From contig CBDBBI010000010.1 of NCBI GenBank assembly GCA_965202625.1, positions 192,001-256,000 of the forward strand: DNA of 64,000 bases, in the 5' to 3' direction. Position numbers and translations under genes: made by a program. Within the stretch, counting starts at the first letter, position 1, and every line of letters begins with the position of its first letter. Below, piece after piece: positions 18,783 through 28,694 of the stretch. The notes under the pieces are model-generated. The model did no database searches. It was not told the DNA's origin and was given only the letters and a program-made list of their open reading frames with translations. This DNA comes from a bacterium (GTDB taxonomy: Bacteria; UBA8248).

Positions 18783-19931
18783 TCATGGGGCGGCGGGTAC
18801 ATAAACCATTCCCTCCATCAGGCGTCTCGCCGTGCGATGGACGATCACCTTTTCCGCTTTGTATCCTTCGGGTGTGCTGAAAACGTCCGCGCCTACCGTC
18901 TGGACGCCCGAAGGATGCCCGAGGCGGATGGCGCGGTCGGATCGTCCGACGGCCTCGTGAACCAGAGTGCCGGGAATCTGCGCGGCGACTGCCAGGCACA
19001 TCGCGCCCGTGAGGGCGTAAGCGCGGTGGGTTTTGCCCATTGAGACGACGCTGCTCACGACGTCGCACGCATCCGGCGCGATGACGTCGCCTTTTAGGTT
19101 CACGTATTCTATCGCCGGTGCGACGAGGGCGATTTTCGGCGCTGCCTGCCCGCTCTCGGACGCCTCTCTCCTGTTTCGCGCCAGCCCCATGTGCACGGCC
19201 GCCTCCGCGCGAATCTGCTCAAGGTTCACCATCAGCTCGACTTGGCTGTCGATGCGTCCCGGGGCTTCTCCGCCGGACAGTCCTACGTCCTGCGCGCGGA
19301 GGAACACCATCGGGTTGGTCGCGTCCACCATGCTCACCTCAATGCTTCCCACGCCCTCGATCTGAAAAACGTCCACGACGTTGGCGGAGGGCAGGAGCTT
19401 TCCTGTGGCGGCGCCTCCCGGGTCCAGGAATTCGAGGGTGATTCGCGCCCCGGTGCCGGAGACGCCGGGCAGTTCGTATGCGCCGTTCACGCGGGCCGCG
19501 CCGGCTTCCACCTCAAAACGGCACTGGTAGGTTTTCCCCGTGTTCGTGTTGTGAACGCGAACGGTGGCGACTCCGTTTTCAGGCGCGGCGACCAACCCCT
19601 CATCCACCGCGAAGGGGCCGACGGCACTTGATATGTTTCCGCAGGTGCCCGCATAGTCCACGATTTTTTCCCGAACTCCCACCTGAGCGAAAGTAAAATC
19701 GACGTCCGCATCCACGCGCGCAGAGGGCGTGACGATGGCGATTTTGCTCAAAGAGGACACTCCGCCCCCTAGGCCATCCAGCTGGCGGCCGTTTGGGTCG
19801 GGACTGCCGAGAGCCTTGAGGAATATGGCGTCTCGCGCGTAGCGTTCCCCTGGCAAATCCTTCTCGTGGAAAAAGATGGCGCGGCTCGTACCCCCGCGCA
19901 TGAATACGGCCGGATATTTTGCTTGCCTCAT
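18783..19931 (-). CDS. prpF: PrpF family isomerase (2-methylaconitate / aconitate cis-trans isomerase-like)
   Basis: MRGGTSR, GSPDP.GRQLDGLGGG.SSLSK, CGNISSAVGPFA, SMGK.H.A...TG, HPSG, RTARRLMEG. Confidence 0.93.
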   Translation of the reverse strand: MRQAKYPAVFMRGGTSRAIFFHEKDLPGERYARDAIFLKALGSPDPNGRQLDGLGGGVSSLSKIAIVTPSARVDADVDFTFAQVGVREKIVDYAGTCGNISSAVGPFAVDEGLVAAPENGVATVRVHNTNTGKTYQCRFEVEAGAARVNGAYELPGVSGTGARITLEFLDPGGAATGKLLPSANVVDVFQIEGVGSIEVSMVDATNPMVFLRAQDVGLSGGEAPGRIDSQVELMVNLEQIRAEAAVHMGLARNRREASESGQAAPKIALVAPAIEYVNLKGDVIAPDACDVVSSVVSMGKTHRAYALTGAMCLAVAAQIPGTLVHEAVGRSDRAIRLGHPSGVQTVGADVFSTPEGYKAEKVIVHRTARRLMEGMVYVPAAP

Positions 19932-19932
19932 C

Positions 19933-21906
19933 TTATGCGCCGACTTCCGTTTCGCTCTGTGGTGCGCACACCCCTTCGATTCGGGCCAGAGCGAGCGCGC
20001 CGCCCGCCAGGAGGGTGCTCCGCTCGCGCGCAGTCAGCGTGCACGCCACGCCAAAGGCGCGGCCCGCTTCCTGGTTTTCCACTTCGAGGACGCCGGCGAT
20101 GAGCGAATCCCTGAGGTGGGAGATCGAGAGTTTCTGTCCCGGGGCGGTTTGCTCGTAGTCGGCTTCGTTCAGAAACAGGAGGGGCAGGACGCCCCAGTTG
20201 ATAAGATTCGCCCGGTGGATTCTGGCGAAACTCTTGGCGATGACCGCGCGAACTCCCAGCATCATTGGGCAGATCGCCGCCTGCTCCCGGGCGGAGCCTT
20301 GTCCGTATGTTTTCCCCCCGACGATGATTCCGCCGCCCGCTTTCCGCGCTCGGGAGACGAACGTTGAATCGACGCGCCTGAATACGTAATCGGACAGCGC
20401 GGGCATGTTCGTGCGATAGGTGATGGCCTCCACCCCTGCGGGAATGATGTGGTCGGTCGAGACGTTGTCGCCGAGTTTGATGAGAACTTCCCCCTTGCAG
20501 GAGTCCCCCCAAGGCGACCCTACCGGAACGGGGCCGATGTTCGGCCCTCGCGGAATTTCCACGGACGCCGAATCGTCCGACGGGGGAACGATGCCCGTCC
20601 TGTCGCTCTTCAGACGGTGGGGAAGGAGGATTTCGGGAGGTTTCCCTTCTTTTCGCGGGTCTCTTATCTCTCCGTGAAGGGCGGCGACGGCGGCCACTTC
20701 GGGACTCGCGAGATATACCGAATCCTCATCCGCTCCCGAACGCCCCTTGAAGTTGCGGTTGAAGGTGCGCAGGGAGTTCATGCCCGAGGCCGGAATGTGT
20801 GCGTAGCCGGGACATGCGCCGCAAGTCGCTTCGGAGACGCATACGCCGGCGGCGAGGAGGTCGGCCAGGTGCCCCTCTCTGGCGAGTTCCTCGAACGCCT
20901 GGCGGCTGCCCGGAAAAACGATGGCGTCCACGAGGTGGGCCACTTTCCGGCCCCTGAGCGTCTGGGCGAACGAAGCGACGTCGGTGAATGAGCCGTTCGT
21001 GCAGCTGCCGATGATGACTTGGTGAACCGGCGTGCCGACGGCTTCCGATACGGGAACCACGTTGTCCGGATCGGAGGGCAGGGCGACGAGAGGCTCTATC
21101 TCGCTCAGGTTCAGCGTCATTTTCTCGTCATAGGCGGCGTCCCTGTCCGCTTCCTGGGCGGACCAATCCCAGGGGCGGTTGATGCGCTCGTAAAACAATC
21201 GGGTCTGCGCGTCGCTGGGGAACACGCTCCCCGTCAGTCCCAGCTCGGTCCCCATGCTGGCGATAGTGAAGCGCTCCGGCACCGAGAGTGTGAGGACGCC
21301 GGGTCCGGCGTATTCAAAGAATTTGCCAATTCCCCCCTGAACGCCCAGCCGGCGCAGAAGCTCCAGGGCGACGTCTTTCGCCGTGGCACAGGGGCCCAGT
21401 TTTCCGCTCAGATTCATCTCCACGACGAGAGGGCGGGGGAGAATGGCGGCGCCCGTCGCCATGGCGACTGCCACGTCCACCCCGCCGGCGCCGATGGCGA
21501 GCATCCCCACGGCTCCCGCCTGGGGCGTATGGGAATCGGTCCCCATGAGACTTGTCCCGGGAAGGGAGAATTCCTCAAGGTGCACGTTGTGGCAGACGCC
21601 GTTTCCAGGTTTTGAGAAATGGATGCCGTATTTTTGACAAAATCCGAGCATGAAGCGGTGGGCGTCCGTGTGCAGGTGGTGTGCCTGAATAGTTTGGTGG
21701 TCGCCATACATGACGGCGGTTTTTTGTTTTACCCTTTCAAAGCCCATAGCCTCGAACTGGAGCAGTGCCATGGGACCCGAGGCGTCCTGAAGGAGGATCT
21801 GATCGATTTTGATCTTGACCTCCTCGCCGGGAGTTCTGGAGGCGCCTGAGAGGAGGTGCGCGTCGAGGAGTTTTTGCGTGAGGCTGCGCGCATCTGGATC
21901 AACCAC
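19933..21906 (-). CDS. Aconitate hydratase (single-chain, ~657 aa small type)
   Basis: C-terminal part of the long ORF: QDA.G, GVCH, DSHT, GSCTNG, CGAC.G (three Fe-S Cys), RTFNRNF.GRSG, STDHI.PAG, YGQGSARE. Own GTG start at 21906 overlaps the citrate synthase stop. Confidence 0.9.
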   Translation of the reverse strand: MVDPDARSLTQKLLDAHLLSGASRTPGEEVKIKIDQILLQDASGPMALLQFEAMGFERVKQKTAVMYGDHQTIQAHHLHTDAHRFMLGFCQKYGIHFSKPGNGVCHNVHLEEFSLPGTSLMGTDSHTPQAGAVGMLAIGAGGVDVAVAMATGAAILPRPLVVEMNLSGKLGPCATAKDVALELLRRLGVQGGIGKFFEYAGPGVLTLSVPERFTIASMGTELGLTGSVFPSDAQTRLFYERINRPWDWSAQEADRDAAYDEKMTLNLSEIEPLVALPSDPDNVVPVSEAVGTPVHQVIIGSCTNGSFTDVASFAQTLRGRKVAHLVDAIVFPGSRQAFEELAREGHLADLLAAGVCVSEATCGACPGYAHIPASGMNSLRTFNRNFKGRSGADEDSVYLASPEVAAVAALHGEIRDPRKEGKPPEILLPHRLKSDRTGIVPPSDDSASVEIPRGPNIGPVPVGSPWGDSCKGEVLIKLGDNVSTDHIIPAGVEAITYRTNMPALSDYVFRRVDSTFVSRARKAGGGIIVGGKTYGQGSAREQAAICPMMLGVRAVIAKSFARIHRANLINWGVLPLLFLNEADYEQTAPGQKLSISHLRDSLIAGVLEVENQEAGRAFGVACTLTARERSTLLAGGALALARIEGVCAPQSETEVGA

Positions 21907-23031
21907 GGCTTCTGAGTGCCTTGTAAGCCCGCTTGGCGGGGCCGACGTAGCGCGCCCGGGGGCGGATGAGACGATTATCGGCCTGCTGCTCCAGGATGTT
22001 GGCCGTCCAGCCGGCGACCCTTGACATGGCGATGATGGGAACGAACAGCTCCATGGGGATTCCCAGGCCTTGCCACAGGGGAGCGGAGTAGAAGTCCACG
22101 TTCGGAATGACGCCTTTTCTGCTTCGAACCGCGCGATCGAGTGCCCGCGCCATGTCGAACCATTTGCTCTCCCGCCCGGGACGGTGGGATATCTCATCTG
22201 CCAGTTCGATGAGGACGTCTGCGCGGGGGTCCCCGTTCCTGGCGTACACCCGGTGGCCGAACCCCATGAGCAGCCTTTTTTGCGCGCCTCCTCGACGAAG
22301 GGTTCCACGGCCTCTATCGATCCGATTTCCTTCAAGGTTTCCATGACCGCCAGTCCGGCACCCCCGTGCAGCGGGCCTTTCAGGGCGCTGACGCCCGCCG
22401 TGACGGCGGAATAGATGTCTGACATCGTGGAGGTGACGACCCGCGTTGCGAAGGTCGAGGCGTTGATCTCGTGCTCCGCGTACAGGACGAGCGTGGCGTC
22501 GAGCGCGCGGGCGTCAGCTTTGTCGGGAGTCTCTCCGGTGATCATGTATAGAAAGTTCGCCGCATGTCCGAGTCCCTTGCGCGGGGTGAGGGGCTTGAGG
22601 CCGGCCGCCAGTCGATGCTGGGCGGCGATGATGGTGGGAATTTTCGCCACCAGCCGGATTGCTTTTCTGGCGTTCGCCTCGGGTGCGGCGTCCTCCGCCT
22701 CGGGGTCGAAAAGTCCCATGACGCCGACGCCCCCCCTGAGTGCCGCCGTTCTTTGCCCTCTGGAGGGGATCTGCTTCAGGGTGCGCAGCATCTCGGGCGA
22801 GAGCTTTCGCTCGGCCTTAAGGTTTTGGTCAAACGCTTTCAGGCGCTCGCGTGTGGGCAATTCCCCGCGCCATAGGAGATAGACGATTTCCTCGAAAGTC
22901 GCCCTTTGGCGCACCATCTCCGGCACGTCATACCCGCAATAGGCCAAAACGCCGTTCACGCCGTCGAGATCGCATATGCGCGTGTCGGTCGCTATGACGC
23001 CCTCAAGTCCCCGGATGGGCGCGTCTTCCAT
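21899..23031 (-). pseudogene. Citrate / 2-methylcitrate synthase, split by a single frameshift at an A6 run (22276-22281)
   Basis: GLEGV, L.Y.GY, AEHE.NASTF, KGPLHGGA in the first frame; MGFGHRVY..GDPR, PNVDFYS, R..GW.A..EQ, LIRPRA.Y.G in the -1 frame (ORF 21899-22267). One extra A restores RKKRLLMGFGHRVY. Confidence 0.88.
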
Positions 23032-23056
23032 GTCGGCGTCCCTCCCGGAGCACTAC

Positions 23057-24013
23057 TCAGGCGTATATCTCAGGGTTGGCGAGCGACGTGACTCTCTCGC
23101 CCTCCACCGCTCTTTTGATGTTATCACACAAAAGTTGATAGCTGGCGCGCTGAACACTCTCGGTCTGAGCGGCATTGTGCGGGGATATGACGACGTTGGA
23201 AAACCGGTGCAGGGGGTGTGTCTTGGGCAAGGGTTCAGGATCGGTGACGTCGAGTCCCGCGCCAGCGATTCTCCCCTCTCTGATGGCCACCAAGAGCGCG
23301 TCCGTGTCCACGTGGGGTCCGCGCGAGACGTTAATGAGAAACGCCGTTTTCTTCATGGTTTCAAGTTCTCGCTCGCCTATAATACCCTTGTTCTCGGGCG
23401 TCAGGGGCAGGGTGAGCGCCACGAAGTCCGCGCGCGGCAATAGTTCCTCAAGAGTCTCTGCCTCCTCCACCTCGAAGCCCTGCGGACGGAATTTCCTCCT
23501 CGTGCGCGTATAGGCGAGTATCTCCATCTCGAAACCGGCGGCGCGCCTGGCGAGCGCCTGCCCTATGTTGCCGAGACCCACGATGCCAAGCGTCGCCCCT
23601 TGCAGCTGAACGTGAAGCTTGCGCTCTCCGATCGACCAAAGCCAGGGTCTGCGCGCCATCATAAGCATCAGCGCCATCGCGTGCTCCGCCACAGGGACGC
23701 ACCGCATCGATCCGGGAGCGTTGGCGACGGGAATGCCGTGCTCCGTGGCAGCGCGCACGTCGATATTGTCGACGCCCGTCCCCACTTTTCCGACGACCTT
23801 GATGTTAGGCCCCGATTCCATCAACCCTCTCGTGATGGGGGCGAATCCGGTGACGAGCGCGCAGGCGCTTTTCGCCTCCTCACGCAAAGCGTCAGGGTGA
23901 AAAGACGCAGGGACGATGAACGTATAGCCCTCGTGCAGGTATTCTTCCATGAACGCTTTTCGGGCCGGCTGCGTTCTGGTGCGCTCATCTACGCTGAGGA
24001 CGCGATGCTGCAT
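23057..24013 (-). CDS. D-isomer-specific 2-hydroxyacid dehydrogenase (NAD-dependent)
   Basis: GTGVDNID, VAEHA, GLGNIG, INVSRG, LDVTDPEP, SPHNA; strong GGAGGAGG RBS before ATG 24013. Confidence 0.92.
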   Translation of the reverse strand: MQHRVLSVDERTRTQPARKAFMEEYLHEGYTFIVPASFHPDALREEAKSACALVTGFAPITRGLMESGPNIKVVGKVGTGVDNIDVRAATEHGIPVANAPGSMRCVPVAEHAMALMLMMARRPWLWSIGERKLHVQLQGATLGIVGLGNIGQALARRAAGFEMEILAYTRTRRKFRPQGFEVEEAETLEELLPRADFVALTLPLTPENKGIIGERELETMKKTAFLINVSRGPHVDTDALLVAIREGRIAGAGLDVTDPEPLPKTHPLHRFSNVVISPHNAAQTESVQRASYQLLCDNIKRAVEGERVTSLANPEIYA

Positions 24014-24641
24014 TTTTTCCTCCTCCGTGTTCATCTATTGCGCCCGCCATGCTCGAGACGCCGGGCCGCCATGCGGGAGGCGGGTCTGCACCTTCGCGCG
24101 CATATCCATCCCGCTCCAGCCGGTCCCGATACCACTCCTCGTTTACCCGGTTGGTGTCCGCGTCCATTCGGGCCATGTCGCAGAAAATCTCGATGCCGTT
24201 TCCGCAAGGATCGTGAAAGTAGAAGGCGCGGTTCTCACCCAGGGTTCCGTCTCCCTCCGGGTGCGTCGGGCTGTGGACGAGAGGACCCGCGGCGATGTCG
24301 ATCCCTTTCGAGCGAATGTGCCGCACCCAGGCTTCGAACTCCTCTCGGGAGCCTACCTCGAAGGCGAGGTGGTGAAGGCCGACTTCGGGTTTTCTCATGT
24401 CGCCTTCCTTGGGCGACAGGCCGGCGTCCGGATGGTATCCGATGAGGGAGATTTCGTGATGTCCCTCTGCGCAGCGCATGAAGCATATTCCCCAGGGGTT
24501 ATGGGGGTTGTCCCCTGGGGCGTAGCGATCGGAGATTCTCAGGCCCATGACGTCGCGGTAGAAATGTGTGGCTTCGTCCAGATCGTGCACCTTGAGGCCA
24601 ACGTGCTGAATGCGCTTCAGGGGAGGGGGGGCGTCGCTCAT
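23985..24641 (-). CDS. VOC / glyoxalase-extradiol dioxygenase family protein
   Basis: IQHVGL.V.DL.....FY..VMGL, HH.I.L, GLHHLAFEV, FYF.DP.GN.IEIF. Confidence 0.88.
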   Translation of the reverse strand: MSDAPPPLKRIQHVGLKVHDLDEATHFYRDVMGLRISDRYAPGDNPHNPWGICFMRCAEGHHEISLIGYHPDAGLSPKEGDMRKPEVGLHHLAFEVGSREEFEAWVRHIRSKGIDIAAGPLVHSPTHPEGDGTLGENRAFYFHDPCGNGIEIFCDMARMDADTNRVNEEWYRDRLERDGYAREGADPPPAWRPGVSSMAGAIDEHGGGKNAASRPQRR

Positions 24642-24671
24642 CGTGTCTCTCCTTCTGGGGATGCGCGTGGA

Positions 24672-27143
24672 CTAGGCGGTTTGCGGCGTCTCGTCCGCTC
24701 GGGTTCTTTGCATGATGAACGCCGCTGCGATGGTGAGAACGCCTACGGCGTATGCGTAATACCGTAAATCTCCCTTTATCGGGGTGATGAACGCCACGAA
24801 ATTCCCCACGGGAAGGAGCAGACAAACGGAGCTGACGAACATCAAGATGCGCTCCGCTCGGTTGGCGTGCCGCGTCATGAAGTTCTCCATCCATCCGGCC
24901 CACCCGACGATGCCGATGAGACAGGCGGCGAAGGTGATGCTTACCTCCATGGCCGTGCCGCTGAGGAGGAGAGGGGTATAAACGAACAGGAATGGCATGA
25001 TGAAGAGCCAGGAGGCGAGCTTGAGAGCCTGAAAGCCGGTCTGGACCGGGTCGGATACGGCGATGGCGCTCGCCGCGTAGGCGGCCAGGGCGACCGGAGG
25101 GGTCACCGCGCTCACGACGGCTACCCAATAGCAGATGAGGTGGGCGTGCACCGTGGGGATTCCCAGATTGGTGAGCGCGATGACGCCAAAGATGACCAGC
25201 ACCACATAGCTCGCCGTGATGGGCAGGCCCATGCCGACGATGTATCCAGCGATGATCACCCAGATGATGGTGAGCGGCAAAAGCCCGAAGCTGAAGTCGG
25301 TCAGCAGGATGGAGATGCGTCCCGAGAGGTCGCTTTGCGTCGCGCAGGAGAGGAGTATGCCCAGCACACAGGCGATGCAGCCGATGACGAGCGTATTTCT
25401 GGCGCCGGCCTCAAGCGAGACCCACGTGATCCTGATGATTTCGAGAAGGAGGTCGCGAAGCCGCGTGTAGAGAATCGGGCCCGTCTCATGCTCAGGGTTT
25501 GCTGCGGAATCGCTTTTGGAGGCGGCGATGAGAATTTCCCCGAGTTTCAGAATGATGAATCCCGCTATTGTCCAGAACAGGGCGTCTCCCCAGTTCATTC
25601 CGCGCAGCGTGTCCGCGAACCAGGAGAACGGAGCGCCCACCTTCAGCCCGAAGTAATAAGAGAAAACGCCGAAGAGGATCGAGATGCACAAGAAGGGACG
25701 GGCTGTCTTGTGCGCCGTCGGTATCTTGAGCGCCGCGAGCAACTCGCAGGACTTGAGCATGATGATGATGCAGATGGTCTTGAAGGCCGCCAGAAAAGCG
25801 GAATCCCCGATCACGAGATAATACACCATCACGGGAATGGGCAGCAGGAAATGAAGACGCGGAACGATCCGGTTCCAGGCGGGAAGTTCCGACACGGGAA
25901 CGCCGTGAAGCCCCCGCCGCACCGCGCGGATATACACCATGTAGCCCACAGACAAATAATAGAGAATGGCGGGAAGAGTCGCTATTTTCACGATCTCGAA
26001 ATAGGGCGTTTCGGTGAGCTGTGCGACGAGGAAGGCGGCGCCCGCCATGATGGGAGGCATGTACGCGCCCCCCGTGGAGGCGGCCGCCTCGACCGCGCCG
26101 GCGAACTCGGAGCGGTAGCCCACCCGCTTCATGAGCGGAATGGTGAACGTTCCCGTCGTCACCACGTTGGCGACGCCGCTGCCGGATATCATGCCAAACA
26201 GACCGCTCGACATGACGGCCGTCAGGCCGGGGCCGCCCGTTTTCTGTCCCGTCAGTCGATAGGTGGCGTCGATGAGGAATTCGCCGAGCCCCGTTTTTTC
26301 CAGAAAGGCGCCGAGGACGACGAATATGACGATGTAGGTGGCGAAAACCTCGACGATGAGACCGGTGATGCCGTCGGCCTCCAGCATCAGGAACTCGGCC
26401 ACGCGGTCGAGTCCGAAGCCATCGTGAAAAAGGAGTCCCGGAGACATCTGGGCGATGGGTTGGAAGGTATAGATGAGGAACATAAAGCCGATGAGCGGAA
26501 TGACAGGGCCGATGACGCGCCTGGCGATGTCGAAGCTCACCGCCGTCAGAAGCGCGGTGTATATCACCACCGAGGTGGGCACGGGGCCGCCGATGCGCGT
26601 GGTGAGCTCGATGTTGAACATGTTCCACCAGACGATGGGGGCGACGGCCGATACGATGAACAGCCAGTCGGAGAGTGACGGAATCTCCGATATCCTCCGT
26701 CTGGTGGCTTCGTATCGATACAAAAATGCGCCGAACAGCCCGCCGCCGAGGGCGAGCAGATAGGTTCCTGCCCCCAGAAATTCGCTCCAAAGCCCGTCTC
26801 GATGGAATACGCCCCAGTAGAACCACAGGATTAATGACGCACACATGACGACGAGGGCGAGGAACGAAAAGAATTCATCCAGATAGGCGAATCCGTCTCG
26901 AATGGGTCTTTGCCTGCTTTTGTAGACGAGGATGCACAGGGCGGCGGTCGCCAGGATATAGACGCCCTTGAAGATTTCTGATCGCGGGGGGCCGAAGTAG
27001 GAGATATGGACGAAAAAGTAGGAAAACGCCACGGAGATGATGGAGACGATGACGTGCGGGAAGCCCCTGAGCGCGCGTGGTTTCACCATCTCGCTGGATA
27101 TGAGGCCGACCTTGATCAATATGGGCAGGAGATTCCGAAACAT
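24672..27143 (-). CDS. TRAP transporter fused permease (4TM/12TM, TAXI-associated)
   Basis: S..FG.ISGS.VANV.TTG.FTIP.MK..GY...FAGAVEAAASTGG..MPPIM, GMGLP.TA.Y, VTPPVALAAYAA. Confidence 0.93.
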   Translation of the reverse strand: MFRNLLPILIKVGLISSEMVKPRALRGFPHVIVSIISVAFSYFFVHISYFGPPRSEIFKGVYILATAALCILVYKSRQRPIRDGFAYLDEFFSFLALVVMCASLILWFYWGVFHRDGLWSEFLGAGTYLLALGGGLFGAFLYRYEATRRRISEIPSLSDWLFIVSAVAPIVWWNMFNIELTTRIGGPVPTSVVIYTALLTAVSFDIARRVIGPVIPLIGFMFLIYTFQPIAQMSPGLLFHDGFGLDRVAEFLMLEADGITGLIVEVFATYIVIFVVLGAFLEKTGLGEFLIDATYRLTGQKTGGPGLTAVMSSGLFGMISGSGVANVVTTGTFTIPLMKRVGYRSEFAGAVEAAASTGGAYMPPIMAGAAFLVAQLTETPYFEIVKIATLPAILYYLSVGYMVYIRAVRRGLHGVPVSELPAWNRIVPRLHFLLPIPVMVYYLVIGDSAFLAAFKTICIIIMLKSCELLAALKIPTAHKTARPFLCISILFGVFSYYFGLKVGAPFSWFADTLRGMNWGDALFWTIAGFIILKLGEILIAASKSDSAANPEHETGPILYTRLRDLLLEIIRITWVSLEAGARNTLVIGCIACVLGILLSCATQSDLSGRISILLTDFSFGLLPLTIIWVIIAGYIVGMGLPITASYVVLVIFGVIALTNLGIPTVHAHLICYWVAVVSAVTPPVALAAYAASAIAVSDPVQTGFQALKLASWLFIMPFLFVYTPLLLSGTAMEVSITFAACLIGIVGWAGWMENFMTRHANRAERILMFVSSVCLLLPVGNFVAFITPIKGDLRYYAYAVGVLTIAAAFIMQRTRADETPQTA

Positions 27144-27209
27144 GGCGTCCCTATCTTGCGTTGGGCGATTCCACAGTTGGTTTTCGGGAGAAAAAGCGCA
27201 AAGAACTAT

Positions 27210-27248
27210 CGGGGAGGAGGAGCGCGCTGCGGGCTCTCCTCCTCCCCG
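27210..27248. other. Intercistronic stem-loop (13 bp perfect stem)
   Basis: CGGGGAGGAGGAG ... CTCCTCCTCCCCG between the TAXI receptor and permease genes; typical position for an mRNA-stabilising or attenuating hairpin. Confidence 0.65.
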
Positions 27249-27290
27249 GATGATTCCGTATCCGCCGGATTCTCCGGTCGGTGCCGAGGG

Positions 27291-28283
27291 CTAGTAGCCT
27301 TTCACGACCTCCTCGGGGACCGCCACGCCGCGCTCCTTCCAATAGCGCGCGGCGGCCGGATGCACCCAAATCTTGTGCACTTTCAGCGCGTTGAAGTTGC
27401 CGCTCAGGTCGCGCCAATACCGCGCCGTCTTGGTCAGCTGCTTGAGGTTGTCCGGATCCGCGATGACCTTCAGCATGTTGTAGATGGCGGCGTCGGACAT
27501 CTGTTTGTGAGCGATCCACCACACGTCGTAGGCGATGGAGCGCGCGGGCGCGGTCATTCCCCGGACTTCCTCTTGGGGAGGAATGGTGACGGGCACGTAG
27601 AAGCGGTGGTTGGAGATCACCGCCTTTTGCTCCGCCTCGGTGAGGCCGATGTAGCGCACCGGCTTCTGAATGGAGAGCCGCGTGATCGCCGGAATGGTGA
27701 AAGGGGCACCGGCCGAGCAATATACGTCGATCTGGCGATCGCCCAGGGCGCGCCCAGAGGCGGCGAAGCCCAGATAGCGCGGCTCGATCTTGTCGAGAAT
27801 GCCGACTGCGGCGAACATGTTTTTGCAGTTCACGTGGCTGCCGGTTCCCTGTTTGAGCAGGTTCACCCTCTTGCCCACCATGTCCTGATAGGACTTGATG
27901 GGGCTGTCCGCCAGAACGGCGATGATCTGGGACTGGGCGCGGACGTTGGCGACGATGCGGAAGTCCTTGCTGGCGCCGTCTTGCTTGAACAGGCCGGTGC
28001 CCGTCCATGATTGATGGACCTGGCCCACGTGTCCCCATGAGGTGCCGAACTCGCCGAGGCTCACGCGGCGGACGTTGGCGACCGAGCCGGCGGAGGGAGA
28101 ATACTGAAAGTAGAATTTTCTTCCGACTTTTCTGTTGAGAAGCTGGGTTCCCGCGCTGATGGCGGGGTGCCATCCGCCGCCGGAGGGACCGCCGCCAAAA
28201 CGATAGCGCTCGGCGGCGTCCGCCGCGCCCATCATGAGCGCCATGCACGCCGTCGTCGTCAGAAAGAATGCGAATCTTTTCAT
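27291..28283 (-). CDS. TAXI family TRAP solute-binding protein
   Basis: Signal peptide, GGGPSGG.W, S.GSVAN, I.S..DM.GKRV.....G.G, HP.A.RYWKE.G; AAGGAG RBS. Confidence 0.92.
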   Translation of the reverse strand: MKRFAFFLTTTACMALMMGAADAAERYRFGGGPSGGGWHPAISAGTQLLNRKVGRKFYFQYSPSAGSVANVRRVSLGEFGTSWGHVGQVHQSWTGTGLFKQDGASKDFRIVANVRAQSQIIAVLADSPIKSYQDMVGKRVNLLKQGTGSHVNCKNMFAAVGILDKIEPRYLGFAASGRALGDRQIDVYCSAGAPFTIPAITRLSIQKPVRYIGLTEAEQKAVISNHRFYVPVTIPPQEEVRGMTAPARSIAYDVWWIAHKQMSDAAIYNMLKVIADPDNLKQLTKTARYWRDLSGNFNALKVHKIWVHPAAARYWKERGVAVPEEVVKGY

Positions 28284-28482
28284 TGTCCACTCCTTTAGTA
28301 GTAGATGGTGAAAACCTGCGCGATGTGGTGATGAAGCCCCATCACCGGATGAACGCTTCATCTCTATCTCTCGTGGAGAGTTCCCTTGCGCGCAATATCC
28401 GTCCATTCTTCTGAAGCTCCCCGTCTCATGCGCGCCTAGGGGACGCCCGCCGTTTCATCAAGACTGCGATATGAATGCGTCT

Positions 28483-28510
28483 ATTATCCCCTCTCTGAAA
28501 TCCGTGTCAA
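28483..28510 (-). promoter_or_regulatory. Putative sigma70 promoter for the TAXI-TRAP catabolic operon
   Basis: Minus strand TTGACA - 16 nt - GATAAT about 200 nt upstream of the TAXI start. Confidence 0.4.
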
Positions 28511-28694
28511 GACCTGCACGCACGTCGGTACGGGACGGTAGCGAGAGGGCAGTTTTGGAAGGGAAAGGCGGGTTTTGAGGGCGAGAGCATTTTCTCTGAA
28601 TGTGTGATAAGGGGATAGGGGACGCGGGAGATTCTTTCATCACCGGCGGGAGAAAATCGGCGCCATGGCGTCAACTACCTGGGGGGAGAGGAAA

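Noticed and set aside
19933-23031. 1032 aa natural citrate synthase-aconitase fusion protein
   Set aside because: The joining ~120 aa are off-frame sequence; the real synthase C-terminus lies in the -1 frame and aconitase has its own start, so this is a frameshift effect.
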